Source of the DNA: a virus
Virus record (IMG/VR): IMGVR_UViG_3300027963_004416
Location: 81,708-145,707 of that record
Direction: 5' to 3' (one strand)
Length of the DNA stretch: 64,000 nucleotides
Of the stretch, positions 32,438-46,442 are shown one piece after another. The first letter of the stretch is position 1. Every line of letters starts with the position of its first letter. The notes below the pieces were generated by a model. That model saw only the letters and a list, made by a program, of their open reading frames with translations. It did not search any database and was not told the DNA's origin. Position numbers and translations under genes: made by a program.

Positions 32438-32756
32438 GGCTAACTTAATTATAGATCAAGGCGCAACGTATAGTACGACTATTGATATTGCAGATGAATA
32501 CGGGGTTGCAATAAACCTTACTAACTATACTGGAGCGGCGCAGATGAGAAAGCATTACACCTCATCTAATGCAGCTTCATTTACAGTTAGTCTTGGAGGA
32601 GCTGATGGTACCTTGACACTTTCTATGTCAGCAAATGCAACAGCTAATATAGTTGCAGGAAGATATGTTTACGATGTAGAACTTACTTCTAATACTGGTG
32701 TAATTTCTAGAGTATTAGAAGGTATAGTTACTGTAACTCCTAATGTAACAAGATAA
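32427..32756 (+). CDS. Small virion structural protein (BppU N-terminal-like Ig fold)
   Basis: NL.IDQGATY...INLT.YT..AQMRK.Y...GRYVYDVEL...RVLEG.VTVTP.VT. Confidence 0.75.
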
Positions 32757-32774
32757 CTTATATACATATATAAT

Positions 32775-33017
32775 ATGGCCACTAATATTAAAGCCGTTGT
32801 AAGACAGACCGGTTCTATTTTAACTCAACAGTCTACTCTTACTTTAAAAAATACCTTAAAGGATGAGATTGCTCTTAGAGAAATTACTAATGTAATTGAA
32901 GGTTCCCCTAATAATGGCGATACATTAGTATACAATTCCATTTTAAATAAATATGAAGTAAAGCCAGTATCAATCTCAGCAAATAATATAACAGGACTAG
33001 ACGGGGGAACTTTCTAA
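32775..33017 (+). CDS. Small fibre adaptor-like protein ending LDGGTF
   Basis: 80 aa, L..ITNV......GDTLVYN....KY pattern and terminal LDGGTF. Confidence 0.65.
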   Translation: MATNIKAVVRQTGSILTQQSTLTLKNTLKDEIALREITNVIEGSPNNGDTLVYNSILNKYEVKPVSISANNITGLDGGTF

Positions 33018-34910
33018 ATGGCAAATACAATTATTCAAATAAAACGCAGTACTACTACTGCGGCACCTGGTGCTCTGAGCCAGGGTGAATTAGCATACTC
33101 GTCTAATGGCGAAGTATTATACATTGGTAGCCCAGTAGGTGCAGATACTGCTAACGTTGTTGCAATTGGTGGCAAGAGAACACCAGGCACATTAACTGCT
33201 AATCAAGCTCTAGTAGCTAACTCAACATCGGGTATTGATAAGGTTATCGTAGCCAACTTAGTTGCTACTCAAGTATATGCAAATGGCTCATTTGGTTCGA
33301 ACGGCTATGTTCTAACTTCAAGCGCTAGCGGTAACGTAAGATGGATGAGCCCAAGTAATCTAACCACAGCTGCTGCTGGTTCGAACACATACGTTCAATT
33401 CAACTCCAATGGTGCGTTTGACGCAGTATCAGGATTTGCATTCGACAAAACAACTAATATTTTAACTGTTGCTAATGCAGTTGCCACTGATCGTATTCTT
33501 TCGCCGCAAAACAATCTGAATATTACTCTCGACTACAATGGTAACAGCGGTACAGTTGGGGTTCAATCAGATCTATACGTCGGTACCGGAGCTTCTGGTA
33601 ACGTGTACGTTAACGGTTCAGTAAATGCCTCTTCATTCAAAGTAGGTACTGATCTAGTAGCTAATGCTTCCGGTGTTTATTCAACTGGTACAGTCAATGC
33701 TGCCGTTGTTCAAGTTGGTTCAAATTTTAAAGCTAATACTACTCAGGTTACAATTGCTAATACAGTAGCTATCAGTGCAAATGGATCAACCGGTACAGCC
33801 GGCCAAGTCCTTACTTCAAACGGTTCAACAGTTTATTGGTCTACTCTAACTGGTGATATCACTGAAGTTACAGCAGGAAATGGCTTAACTGGTGGTGGAG
33901 ATTCAGGTTCTGTGACTCTTGATGTTGGCGCCGGTGCCGGTATTACAGTAAACGCTAATGATGTTGCTGTTAATGCAGGCAATGGTATTGTTGCAAACTC
34001 ATCAGGAACCTTTGTTAGGGCTGGTACCGGTGTAACTGTAAATGCTACCGGGGTTCATATTGGTCAGGATGTAGGCACAACAAGCAACGTTAGCTTTGGC
34101 GTAGTAAATGCTTCGGCGTTTAATATTGGTTCTGACTTTACTGCAAACTCAACAACAGTAGCTCTTAACAACAACGTTATTGTCGGTAGCAGCAACGCTG
34201 ATACGGTAGCTATTAACGCTAAAGTTAATACTAGCATCATGCCTGCCGCTAATGCTACTTACAACCTGGGTTCAAATGACACCAGATGGCTAACAGTTTA
34301 TGCTGGTAACGTTTACGCTGGTTATGCTACATTTGATAATAGCGTTACTGTTTCAGGTAACTTATACGTTTCTGGTAACGTAGTATCTATTAACGTAGAA
34401 ACACTAGCTGTAACTGACTCATTAATTCAGCTAGCTAAAGATAATATTACCACAGATACCCTTGATATTGGTTTCTATGGCAATTATAATCCGGATGGTG
34501 GTGCTAATGAGCACACTGGTCTGTTCCGTGATGCTACAGACGGTAAATATAAGCTTTTCCAAGGTCTAACAGTTGCACCTACCACAACAGTAGCTACTGG
34601 TGATGCTTCGTATAGCACTGCTACTTTACAAGCGTATTTACTATCAGGTGCATTAGGTACTAATTCAACAGCAGTTTCAATAACTGCTAATAGTACAGTC
34701 AACGTAGCAATAGTAGCAAATACACTATCGCTAACAACAGCACTAGGCGTTAGTTCAGGCGGTACTGGTAAGACTTCTATTACTAACAATGCAGTGCTAT
34801 TTGGTTATGGTACTGGTAGCATTCAAGAAGCTACTGGTTCCAATGGTCAAGTTTTACAGATTTCAAGCAACGTGCCAACATTCGGAGGTCTTGACGGCGG
34901 CACATTCTAA
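33018..34910 (+). CDS. Tail fibre protein (IQIKRS...GELA N-terminal domain)
   Basis: MANTIIQIKRS...L.QGELAYS...LYIG; G..GQVLTSNG..VYW repeats; DIGFYG.Y...HTGLFRDATDG; terminal LDGGTF. Confidence 0.85.
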   Translation: MANTIIQIKRSTTTAAPGALSQGELAYSSNGEVLYIGSPVGADTANVVAIGGKRTPGTLTANQALVANSTSGIDKVIVANLVATQVYANGSFGSNGYVLTSSASGNVRWMSPSNLTTAAAGSNTYVQFNSNGAFDAVSGFAFDKTTNILTVANAVATDRILSPQNNLNITLDYNGNSGTVGVQSDLYVGTGASGNVYVNGSVNASSFKVGTDLVANASGVYSTGTVNAAVVQVGSNFKANTTQVTIANTVAISANGSTGTAGQVLTSNGSTVYWSTLTGDITEVTAGNGLTGGGDSGSVTLDVGAGAGITVNANDVAVNAGNGIVANSSGTFVRAGTGVTVNATGVHIGQDVGTTSNVSFGVVNASAFNIGSDFTANSTTVALNNNVIVGSSNADTVAINAKVNTSIMPAANATYNLGSNDTRWLTVYAGNVYAGYATFDNSVTVSGNLYVSGNVVSINVETLAVTDSLIQLAKDNITTDTLDIGFYGNYNPDGGANEHTGLFRDATDGKYKLFQGLTVAPTTTVATGDASYSTATLQAYLLSGALGTNSTAVSITANSTVNVAIVANTLSLTTALGVSSGGTGKTSITNNAVLFGYGTGSIQEATGSNGQVLQISSNVPTFGGLDGGTF

Positions 34911-34923
34911 ATTATGAGGGGTT

Positions 34924-35139
34924 ATGGATACTGAATTTATTAATGTTTATATACAGAAGCAAAAAACGTTTATTGAAGAACTAGTTGCAAAAAATTTAAT
35001 TTTAGAAACCAAGCTCACTATAGCAGATAAAATCGCAGGTGAGCTTGGTTCTAAGGTGAGTACTTTAGAAGGGCAATTATCTAAAGCTTTAGAAGCTGTA
35101 GAAACTAAGAAATCAAGTAGATCTACAAGTAATACTTGA
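34924..35139 (+). CDS. Small coiled-coil protein, possible fibre assembly factor
   Basis: 71 aa with heptad pattern; GAGGG RBS; lies between a fibre gene and the modifying enzyme. Confidence 0.6.
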   Translation: MDTEFINVYIQKQKTFIEELVAKNLILETKLTIADKIAGELGSKVSTLEGQLSKALEAVETKKSSRSTSNT

Positions 35140-35140
35140 T

Positions 35141-37090
35141 ATGAAAATATTTGTGATAAATTTAGAAGCCAGGCCTGATCGCCTGGCTTTTATGTCTGAG
35201 CAGCTTAAAGATGTTGAATGGCAAAGACATTCAGCGCTGAATGGCCATAGTTTAACTATGGATGCAATCGTTCAATTAGATTTCGCACCATACAGCAAAT
35301 GGATTGATCCTCTTCTAGATAGAAAATTAACCAATACGGAAATAGCAGCTGCTATCTCTCATTATCAGTTATGGGAAAAGTGTGTTGAGCTTAATGAGCC
35401 AATTCTTATTTTAGAAGACGACTCACAGCTTGTTGGTGATTTAGATTTAAAAGAACTAGAATTATTAAGTAATGAATATGATATAGTTTATCTTGATCAC
35501 AGAGAGATGTTTCCTGACCTATCCGTAGTCGGAGAAAAATTCGTCAGGCCCTTTTATCCCTACTGGAACAATGCATATGTTATTACACCCAGGCTTGCTC
35601 GTTATATTATAAATTCACCCTATAGATACAATATAATACCGGTGGATGAGCTGTTTCCTATTTTAAGCGGAATTGCTTTTAACGATCATTGTCTAGGTAA
35701 TAAAGAAATTTTTACTTCACTCCAGGAATTACTTATGACGCTACCAACTAACCCGGTAGCGTACAAAGAGAGTATTTTTAAACAACTACCCAGAAAAATT
35801 ATGGGATCTGATATTGAAAGTGGAAGATCGATTATGAATACAGTTCATGTGTTAACAGTGGCAACAGATGAAACAAAACTAAAGTATCTGGATACTTCAG
35901 CTCAAAAGTTTGGAATAAAATTTATTAATCTAGGTAAAGATGTCGTATGGGACGGGGGAAACATGATCGGGCCCGGTGGTGGCCAGAAGTTAAAACTAGT
36001 TAAGAACTATGTTAGTCAAATACCAGAGCAGGACATTGTTCTATTCGTAGACGGATATGATGTTTTTTTTAATGACGATCTACAGACAATAGTCGATCGA
36101 TTTAATGGATTTGACTGTAAAGTTCTTTTTGCAGGAGAGAAGAATTGCTGGCCAGATAAGTCTATTGCTCCTCTGTTCGACGGTGACACTGACTACAAAT
36201 ACTTAAACAGTGGAGTGTATATTGGATACGCAGGTTATGTTTGCTCTCTCATAGAGAATTATATACAAAACTCTGATGATGATCAACTTTATCTTCAAAA
36301 GAAATACATTGTGGATTTATTTGATTCAAAAAAACTGTACAAGATAGATGTCGAGAATTATATATTTCAGTGCTTGGCAGGAGCGGTTGATGCAGTAACT
36401 GTTAAATCAAACGGGCAGTTATTGAATTCTGAAACTAGATGTTGCCCCTGTATACTCCATGGTAACGGTGGCGATTCAGTAAAGAAAGATTTTGATAGAT
36501 TATTTAACACAATCTTCAATGAGAGTGACATAGGTATTGAATTTATGACGCCATCTGGCTATGAAATTGTAGGTCCAGAAATTTTAGAAATTGATTTACT
36601 TACACCAGATATGTGCAAGCAGCTCGTTAATCTTGCCGATAGCCATGGTAAATGGGAGCCTATGAGTGGTGATAAGTTTCCTGCGCAGGAAATAAGAATA
36701 CGAGAAATTGATATTAATCTGTTTAATAAACTAGAACAACATCTTAAAGATAAAGTTTACCCTTTAATAGAGCAATACTGGTTTCCTTTAAGCATGTACG
36801 GTTTAAGAGATGCCTTTATTATTAAATATACTCCAGAGACACAAGCTAAGCTAAAATGTCACCATGATGCTTCTCTTGTATCCGGTAATGTTAAACTTAA
36901 TAGCGAATATACAGGCGGAGATACTTATTTCTACAGGCAGAATTATTCAAACATAAATACATCTGTCGGTAAAATGACTATGTGGCCGGGACAGGTTACA
37001 CATGGTCATGAAGGGAGAGAGGTAACCTCTGGTGCAAAATACAATCTAGTAATTTGGACGAGTAGAAGACCTGGAGATATAAACTACTAA
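35141..37090 (+). CDS. Three-domain collagen-modifying enzyme: GT25 glycosyltransferase + PLOD-type glycosyltransferase + Fe(II)/2OG lysyl hydroxylase
   Basis: aa1-230 GT25 (VINL..RPDR, EI....SHY.LW......ILILEDD); aa232-460 PLOD GT (LTVAT, W.GG....GGGQK, FVDGYDV, LFAGEKNCWPD, YLNSG.YIG, DDDQL, IFQ.L, LHGNG); C-terminal hydroxylase (F..KY.PE.Q..L..HHDAS...NV.LN..Y.GG..F.R...PG..TH.HEG..VT.G.KY). Confidence 0.9.
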   Translation: MKIFVINLEARPDRLAFMSEQLKDVEWQRHSALNGHSLTMDAIVQLDFAPYSKWIDPLLDRKLTNTEIAAAISHYQLWEKCVELNEPILILEDDSQLVGDLDLKELELLSNEYDIVYLDHREMFPDLSVVGEKFVRPFYPYWNNAYVITPRLARYIINSPYRYNIIPVDELFPILSGIAFNDHCLGNKEIFTSLQELLMTLPTNPVAYKESIFKQLPRKIMGSDIESGRSIMNTVHVLTVATDETKLKYLDTSAQKFGIKFINLGKDVVWDGGNMIGPGGGQKLKLVKNYVSQIPEQDIVLFVDGYDVFFNDDLQTIVDRFNGFDCKVLFAGEKNCWPDKSIAPLFDGDTDYKYLNSGVYIGYAGYVCSLIENYIQNSDDDQLYLQKKYIVDLFDSKKLYKIDVENYIFQCLAGAVDAVTVKSNGQLLNSETRCCPCILHGNGGDSVKKDFDRLFNTIFNESDIGIEFMTPSGYEIVGPEILEIDLLTPDMCKQLVNLADSHGKWEPMSGDKFPAQEIRIREIDINLFNKLEQHLKDKVYPLIEQYWFPLSMYGLRDAFIIKYTPETQAKLKCHHDASLVSGNVKLNSEYTGGDTYFYRQNYSNINTSVGKMTMWPGQVTHGHEGREVTSGAKYNLVIWTSRRPGDINY

Positions 37091-37106
37091 GACAGTATAT
37101 ACTGTC
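37091..37106. promoter_or_regulatory. Perfect 16-bp palindrome GACAGTATATACTGTC in the leader of the collagen fibre gene
   Basis: Self-complementary; begins directly after the enzyme stop codon and ends 14 nt before ATG 37121. Confidence 0.55.
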
Positions 37107-37120
37107 ATTTGCGAGGCCAC

Positions 37121-41311
<4,191 letters not shown>

Positions 41312-41337
41312 CATAGCCGAGTTCTCGAGGAGCGAAG

Positions 41338-41703
41338 ATGGCAATCAAAATTAATGGTACCACTATTGTTGATGATAGTCAAAACGGTACTCTTACTGGT
41401 AATTTAACTATATCAACAAGTACATCTGGTACTGTATCTGTTGGTAATTCTACAGTTAATACAACCGCTAATGCTACAATTTTAGCTATTAACGGCACAG
41501 GTGCACAAGTAAGACTTGGTAACACCACAGTTAATACCTATGTAAATGCAACTACAATTGCTGTGACGTCAGTACTTGCTAATGGCTCTATAGGTACATC
41601 AGGTCAGCTACTTACCTCAAACGGTAGCGGTATCTATTGGTCGACATCTGCCGGTGGAACAGATGATACTGCTAGAACATTAGCTACTTTAGCATTACCA
41701 TAA
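41338..41703 (+). CDS. Short fibre/adaptor protein
   Basis: MAIKINGTTIVDDS N-terminus; shares GNSTVNT.ANAT.LAINGTGAQ.RLGN and ANGS.GT.GQ.LTSNG.G.YWST modules with the fibres; GAGGAG RBS. Confidence 0.75.
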   Translation: MAIKINGTTIVDDSQNGTLTGNLTISTSTSGTVSVGNSTVNTTANATILAINGTGAQVRLGNTTVNTYVNATTIAVTSVLANGSIGTSGQLLTSNGSGIYWSTSAGGTDDTARTLATLALP

Positions 41704-41704
41704 T

Positions 41705-43084
41705 ATGATCGGTGTAGAGACTCTAGTGGGCTGTGTTAATACAGCAATTCAATCGGTAGCAAATACCGATGAGTTAGGCATACTTCAACTTTCAAGCATT
41801 GTCAAGGACTTTGATTCTAATACCGTATACGCGGTTGCTAACGTAGCTTCACTGCCGTCAGCTGCCTGTAATAAAGGGAGAATGATTTTTATTACGGACA
41901 GGTGCGCTTATCGTATTAGTGATGGTACAAGATGGATAAACGATTTTACTAGTAATACCGTGACAAACGCTTTATATGCCTGGGGCACCAGTCTTTGCGG
42001 CGCACTAGGTGACGGTACAACCGTATCTAAATCATCTCCGGTTTCAGTTGTTGGTGGGTTTACAGATTGGTGTCAGGTCTGCACCGGTCAATCCCATACT
42101 ACAGGGCTTAGAACTAACGGAACTATATGGGCATGGGGGACAGGCTCAGTGGGTGAGTTAGGTGACGGGACAACAGTATCTAAATCATCACCAGTATCAG
42201 TTGTTGGTGGTTTTACAGATTGGTGCCAGATTAGTGCTAGCAGTTGTTCTAGTATAGGAATAAGAACTACTGGCTCACTATGGTCATGGGGGTCAAACGC
42301 CCAAGGTCAATTAGGTGACGGTACTACTGTTAATAGATCATCACCAGTATCAGTCGTAGGCGGATTTACAGATTGGTGTCGAATTAGCACTGGCGCTGTC
42401 CATGGCTTAGGTATTAGAACCAACGGCACAGCATGGGCCTGGGGATTCAATTTATATGGCCGTCTAGGAGACGGAACAACAGTATCTAAATCATCACCAG
42501 TATCAGTCGTGGGAGGGTTTACCGACTGGTGTCAGATTAGCGCAGGTCTTGCACATGGTCTAGGTGTCAGAACCAATGGTACAGCATGGGCGTGGGGACA
42601 AAATTGTAGAGCAGTAGTAGGTGCTACAGGTGCACTAGGCGACGGAACAACCGTAAATAAATCATCCCCAGTATCAGTAGTAGGGGGGTTTACAGATTGG
42701 TGTCAAGTTAGTGCAGGTACGTATCACAGCTTAGGAGTTAGAACCAATGGGACAGCATGGGCATGGGGACATAATTGTTGTGGTCGTTTAGGTGATGGAA
42801 CAACAGTAACAAAGTCATCACCAATATCGGTGATTGGGGGATTTACAGATTGGTGTCAGATTAGCGCAGGTCAATTTCATTCCGCAGGAGTAAGAACCAA
42901 TGGAACAGCTTGGGGATGGGGTTGTGCTTGTAACGGTCGTTTAGGTGATGGAACAACAGTTGACAAATCATCTCCAGTTTCTGTTCTCGGAGGAATAATA
43001 AACTGGTGTCAGGTTAGCGCCGGTACAGGTACAAACGGTACAAGCTTTGGAATAGTCTTAGGTAAAGGATTTGCAGCCATATGA
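41705..43084 (+). CDS. RCC1/BLIP-II-like 7-bladed beta-propeller protein 1
   Basis: Seven ~51-aa repeats WAWG....G.LGDGTTV.KSSPVSVVGGFTDWCQ.SAG..HSLG.RTNGT after an ~85-aa N-terminal domain. Confidence 0.92.
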   Translation: MIGVETLVGCVNTAIQSVANTDELGILQLSSIVKDFDSNTVYAVANVASLPSAACNKGRMIFITDRCAYRISDGTRWINDFTSNTVTNALYAWGTSLCGALGDGTTVSKSSPVSVVGGFTDWCQVCTGQSHTTGLRTNGTIWAWGTGSVGELGDGTTVSKSSPVSVVGGFTDWCQISASSCSSIGIRTTGSLWSWGSNAQGQLGDGTTVNRSSPVSVVGGFTDWCRISTGAVHGLGIRTNGTAWAWGFNLYGRLGDGTTVSKSSPVSVVGGFTDWCQISAGLAHGLGVRTNGTAWAWGQNCRAVVGATGALGDGTTVNKSSPVSVVGGFTDWCQVSAGTYHSLGVRTNGTAWAWGHNCCGRLGDGTTVTKSSPISVIGGFTDWCQISAGQFHSAGVRTNGTAWGWGCACNGRLGDGTTVDKSSPVSVLGGIINWCQVSAGTGTNGTSFGIVLGKGFAAI

Positions 43085-44433
43085 ACGTATCTAACCTTAT
43101 CCTCCAGCTCAAATCTAAGCTATCAAGTTGCACTATAGATCAGCAAATGATTTCTAAGGCTATCATATTACTGCAATTAGGCAGAGTTGAATCCGTTTCT
43201 ACCTATGCTAGTCTACCATCTGCATCAGCTAATCAAGGTCAGCTTTACTACGTATATTACGACGGTCTATATTGGTCTAATGGTTCTAGCTGGGCAAGGA
43301 TCGCAAGATCTACGTTAGATCAATCATGGGCATGGGGGTTTAATAATTGTGGTCAACTAGGTGATGGTACAGTCAACAACAAATCATCACCAGTATTAGT
43401 AGTTGGCGGGTTTATAGATTGGTGTCAAGTTAGTGCTGGGTGCTATCAAACCTTAGGTGTTAGAACCAATGGTACTGCTTGGGCCTGGGGATGTAACAGT
43501 TATGGCCGTTTAGGTGACGGTACAATCGTAAATAAGTGCTCGCCAGTATCAGTCGTTGGTGGTTTTACTGATTGGTGTCAGGTTAGTGCAGGTAACAGAC
43601 ACAGCTTAGGTGTTAGAACCAATGGAACAGCCTGGGCATGGGGACGTGCTAGTAGTGGTCTTTTAGGTGACGGTACAACGGTTGATAAATCATCACCAGT
43701 ATCAGTAGTAGGAGGTTTCACTAATTGGTGTCAAGTTAGTGCAGGCCAGGGCCATAGCTTAGGTATTAGAACCAATGGTACATTGTGGTCCTGGGGATGT
43801 AACAGTTACGGCCAACTAGGTGACGGTACAACCGTATCTAAATCATCACCGGTATCAGTCATTGGCGGGTTTACAGATTGGTGCCAGGTTAGTGCAGGCC
43901 ATGGCCATAGCTTAGGTGTTAGAACCAATGGAACAGCCTGGGCATGGGGAAGTAATTGTAGATTAATAGTAGGTGCTACAGGTGCACTAGGCGACGGAAC
44001 AACTGTAAACAAATCATCACCAGTATCAGTTGTTGGAGGTTTCACTAATTGGTGCCAGGTCAGTGCTGGGTACATTCACAGCCTAGGTGTTAGAACCAAT
44101 GGCACTGCATGGGCTTGGGGTATTGGATCCAGCGGGCGACTAGGTGACGGTACTATTGTAAACAAATCATCACCAGTATCGGTCGTAGGCGGCTTTACAG
44201 ATTGGTGTCTGGCAGATGCGGGCCAAGTCGAAAGTGCCGGCATTAGAACTAATGGGACAGTCTGGACATGGGGATGTAATGGTAGTGGTTTTACAGGATT
44301 CATTGGAACTTTAGGTGACGGTACATCCGTTTGTAGATCATCACCAGTATCAGTCCTAGGCGGCTTTACAGATTGGTGGCAAGTTAGCGCAGGTCAATGT
44401 AATTTTCTAGCTATAAGAAGACCATCAACATGA
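43081..44433 (+). CDS. RCC1/BLIP-II-like 7-bladed beta-propeller protein 2
   Basis: Seven RCC1-like repeats; N-terminal STYASLPSA...G.L motif. Confidence 0.92.
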   Translation: MNVSNLILQLKSKLSSCTIDQQMISKAIILLQLGRVESVSTYASLPSASANQGQLYYVYYDGLYWSNGSSWARIARSTLDQSWAWGFNNCGQLGDGTVNNKSSPVLVVGGFIDWCQVSAGCYQTLGVRTNGTAWAWGCNSYGRLGDGTIVNKCSPVSVVGGFTDWCQVSAGNRHSLGVRTNGTAWAWGRASSGLLGDGTTVDKSSPVSVVGGFTNWCQVSAGQGHSLGIRTNGTLWSWGCNSYGQLGDGTTVSKSSPVSVIGGFTDWCQVSAGHGHSLGVRTNGTAWAWGSNCRLIVGATGALGDGTTVNKSSPVSVVGGFTNWCQVSAGYIHSLGVRTNGTAWAWGIGSSGRLGDGTIVNKSSPVSVVGGFTDWCLADAGQVESAGIRTNGTVWTWGCNGSGFTGFIGTLGDGTSVCRSSPVSVLGGFTDWWQVSAGQCNFLAIRRPST

Positions 44434-45776
44434 ACATAGCTCAATTTCAAATACTTCTACAAGAATCGATTGATAATGCTACTACTACTTTGGACTATTT
44501 GTTCTTAGCTAAAGCCGTTCAAGCGCTTGGAATGGGACAGATACGTAAAGTTAGCACTTATTCAAGCTTACCTTCTGCATCGACTAATAAAGGTTTATTG
44601 GTATTTGTTACAGCAGACCAGAGATTATATTCGAGCACTGGTACTGATTGGCAAAGCATAGTTTCGTTAACTAAAGGAATAACATACAGCTGGGGAAGTG
44701 CTTGTTGTGGTCTTTTAGGTGACGGGACAACAGTATCTAAATCATCTCCCGTTTCTGTCATAGGCGGGTTTACAGATTGGCGCCAGATTAGTGCAGGATG
44801 TTTCCATAGCTTGGGGTTACGTACTAATGGGACTGTATGGGCATGGGGTTTCGGGTGTAATGTATTAGGTGATGGAAGCACAATTGTAACATGTAAATCA
44901 TCTCCCGTTTCTGTCATAGGCGGATTTACAGATTGGTGCCAGGTTAGTGCTGGGGGTAATCACAGCCTAGGTGTTAGAACCAATGGTACAGCATGGGCAT
45001 GGGGGTCAAACGCCCAAGGTCAATTAGGTACCGGAACTGTTGGTACACCTGCCTGCGCTTCACCAGTATCAGTCATAGGTGGGTTTACAGATTGGTGTCA
45101 AGTTAGTGCTGCAGGATCTACCCATAGCTTAGGTGTTAGAACCAACGGTACAGCATGGGCCTGGGGAAGTAATTGTTGTGGTCGTTTAGGTGACGGTACT
45201 ACAGTAGCTAAATCATCACCAGTATCGGTCATAGGCGGGTTTACAGATTGGTGCCAGATTAGTGCTAGTGCAGGAGGTTATCACAGCCTAGGTGTTAGAA
45301 CCAATGGTACATTATGGGTGTGGGGGAGTAACTCTAGCGGCAAATTAGGTGATGGTACAACCGTAAATAAATCATCTCCAGTTTCAGTTGTTGGTGGTTT
45401 TACTGATTGGTGCCAGGTTAGTGCAGGAAATGATCATAGCTTAGGTGTTAGAATTAATGGGACAGCATGGTCATGGGGGACTAATAAAAATGGTCAACTA
45501 GGAGACGGTACAACCGTAGATAAATCATCCCCCGTATCAATAGTAGGTGGGTTTACTAATTGGTGCCAAGTTAGTGCTGGGGGTAATCACAGCCTAGGTG
45601 TTAGAACCAATGGTACATTGTGGTCCTGGGGATTTAATAATGCTGGTCAACTAGGAGATGGAACAACTGTATGCAAATCATCACCAGTATCGGTCATAGG
45701 CGGGGTTACAGATTGGTGTCAAGTCAGCACCGGTTCTGGCTGCGGTGTTTCAGCTATTAGAGGATCAAGCTTCTAA
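44430..45776 (+). CDS. RCC1/BLIP-II-like 7-bladed beta-propeller protein 3
   Basis: Seven RCC1-like repeats; N-terminal STYSSLPSA..NKG motif. Confidence 0.92.
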   Translation: MNIAQFQILLQESIDNATTTLDYLFLAKAVQALGMGQIRKVSTYSSLPSASTNKGLLVFVTADQRLYSSTGTDWQSIVSLTKGITYSWGSACCGLLGDGTTVSKSSPVSVIGGFTDWRQISAGCFHSLGLRTNGTVWAWGFGCNVLGDGSTIVTCKSSPVSVIGGFTDWCQVSAGGNHSLGVRTNGTAWAWGSNAQGQLGTGTVGTPACASPVSVIGGFTDWCQVSAAGSTHSLGVRTNGTAWAWGSNCCGRLGDGTTVAKSSPVSVIGGFTDWCQISASAGGYHSLGVRTNGTLWVWGSNSSGKLGDGTTVNKSSPVSVVGGFTDWCQVSAGNDHSLGVRINGTAWSWGTNKNGQLGDGTTVDKSSPVSIVGGFTNWCQVSAGGNHSLGVRTNGTLWSWGFNNAGQLGDGTTVCKSSPVSVIGGVTDWCQVSTGSGCGVSAIRGSSF

Positions 45777-45794
45777 TAAATAGGAGAAATAAAA

Positions 45795-46424
45795 ATGTAT
45801 GCAGTAGTTTATAAAAATAGAGTAATAGTAGGGCCTATGGACTGGAATAGTGGGATTTTTAAAGGCTCACTAGAAAAGGAAGGGGTAGATATTCAGCTTT
45901 CAAAACTTCCCCCAGAACAACTCCCTCTTATAATTAATAATGATGCAAAGATTACCTTAGTAGAGGAAGTTAGACCAGAAATCGACCCTATGGTCGAGTA
46001 CTATTACGGACCTCTCTGGAACGTATCTGGGGATGTAACGATCGCTAACTATGAAGTGATGGATTCACCAGTAGATGCGGCTAAAATTAATTACATTAAC
46101 TTAGCCGCTGCTGAGCGCTGGAAAAAAGAAGTAGCTGGCGTTAAACTAAATATAGGTAGCAAGGAAGTTACATTAGATACAACACGCGGCGGTCGCGCTA
46201 TTTATTCACATCAACTATCAGTAATGAGCAATGGTGATACAGTGAATTGGAAGTTTACTGAAGGCTGGTTAAGTCTTACAAAAAGCGACATGTCATCAGT
46301 AGTAGCAGCAGTATCAGCACATGTGCAATCTACTTTTGACTGGGAAAAAAACATCAATGATCAAATTGATGCCGCTAATACTAAGCAAGAACTTCAGGCT
46401 TTAGAAATAATTGAGCAATCATAG
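45795..46424 (+). CDS. DUF4376-like tail-associated protein (possible fibre assembly chaperone)
   Basis: AAERWKKEVAG...DT.R......VNWKF.EGW..LT...V.AHVQ..FDWE; AGGAG RBS, preceded by AATAAATA. Confidence 0.7.
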   Translation: MYAVVYKNRVIVGPMDWNSGIFKGSLEKEGVDIQLSKLPPEQLPLIINNDAKITLVEEVRPEIDPMVEYYYGPLWNVSGDVTIANYEVMDSPVDAAKINYINLAAAERWKKEVAGVKLNIGSKEVTLDTTRGGRAIYSHQLSVMSNGDTVNWKFTEGWLSLTKSDMSSVVAAVSAHVQSTFDWEKNINDQIDAANTKQELQALEIIEQS

Positions 46425-46442
46425 GAATAGTAGAATAATAAA

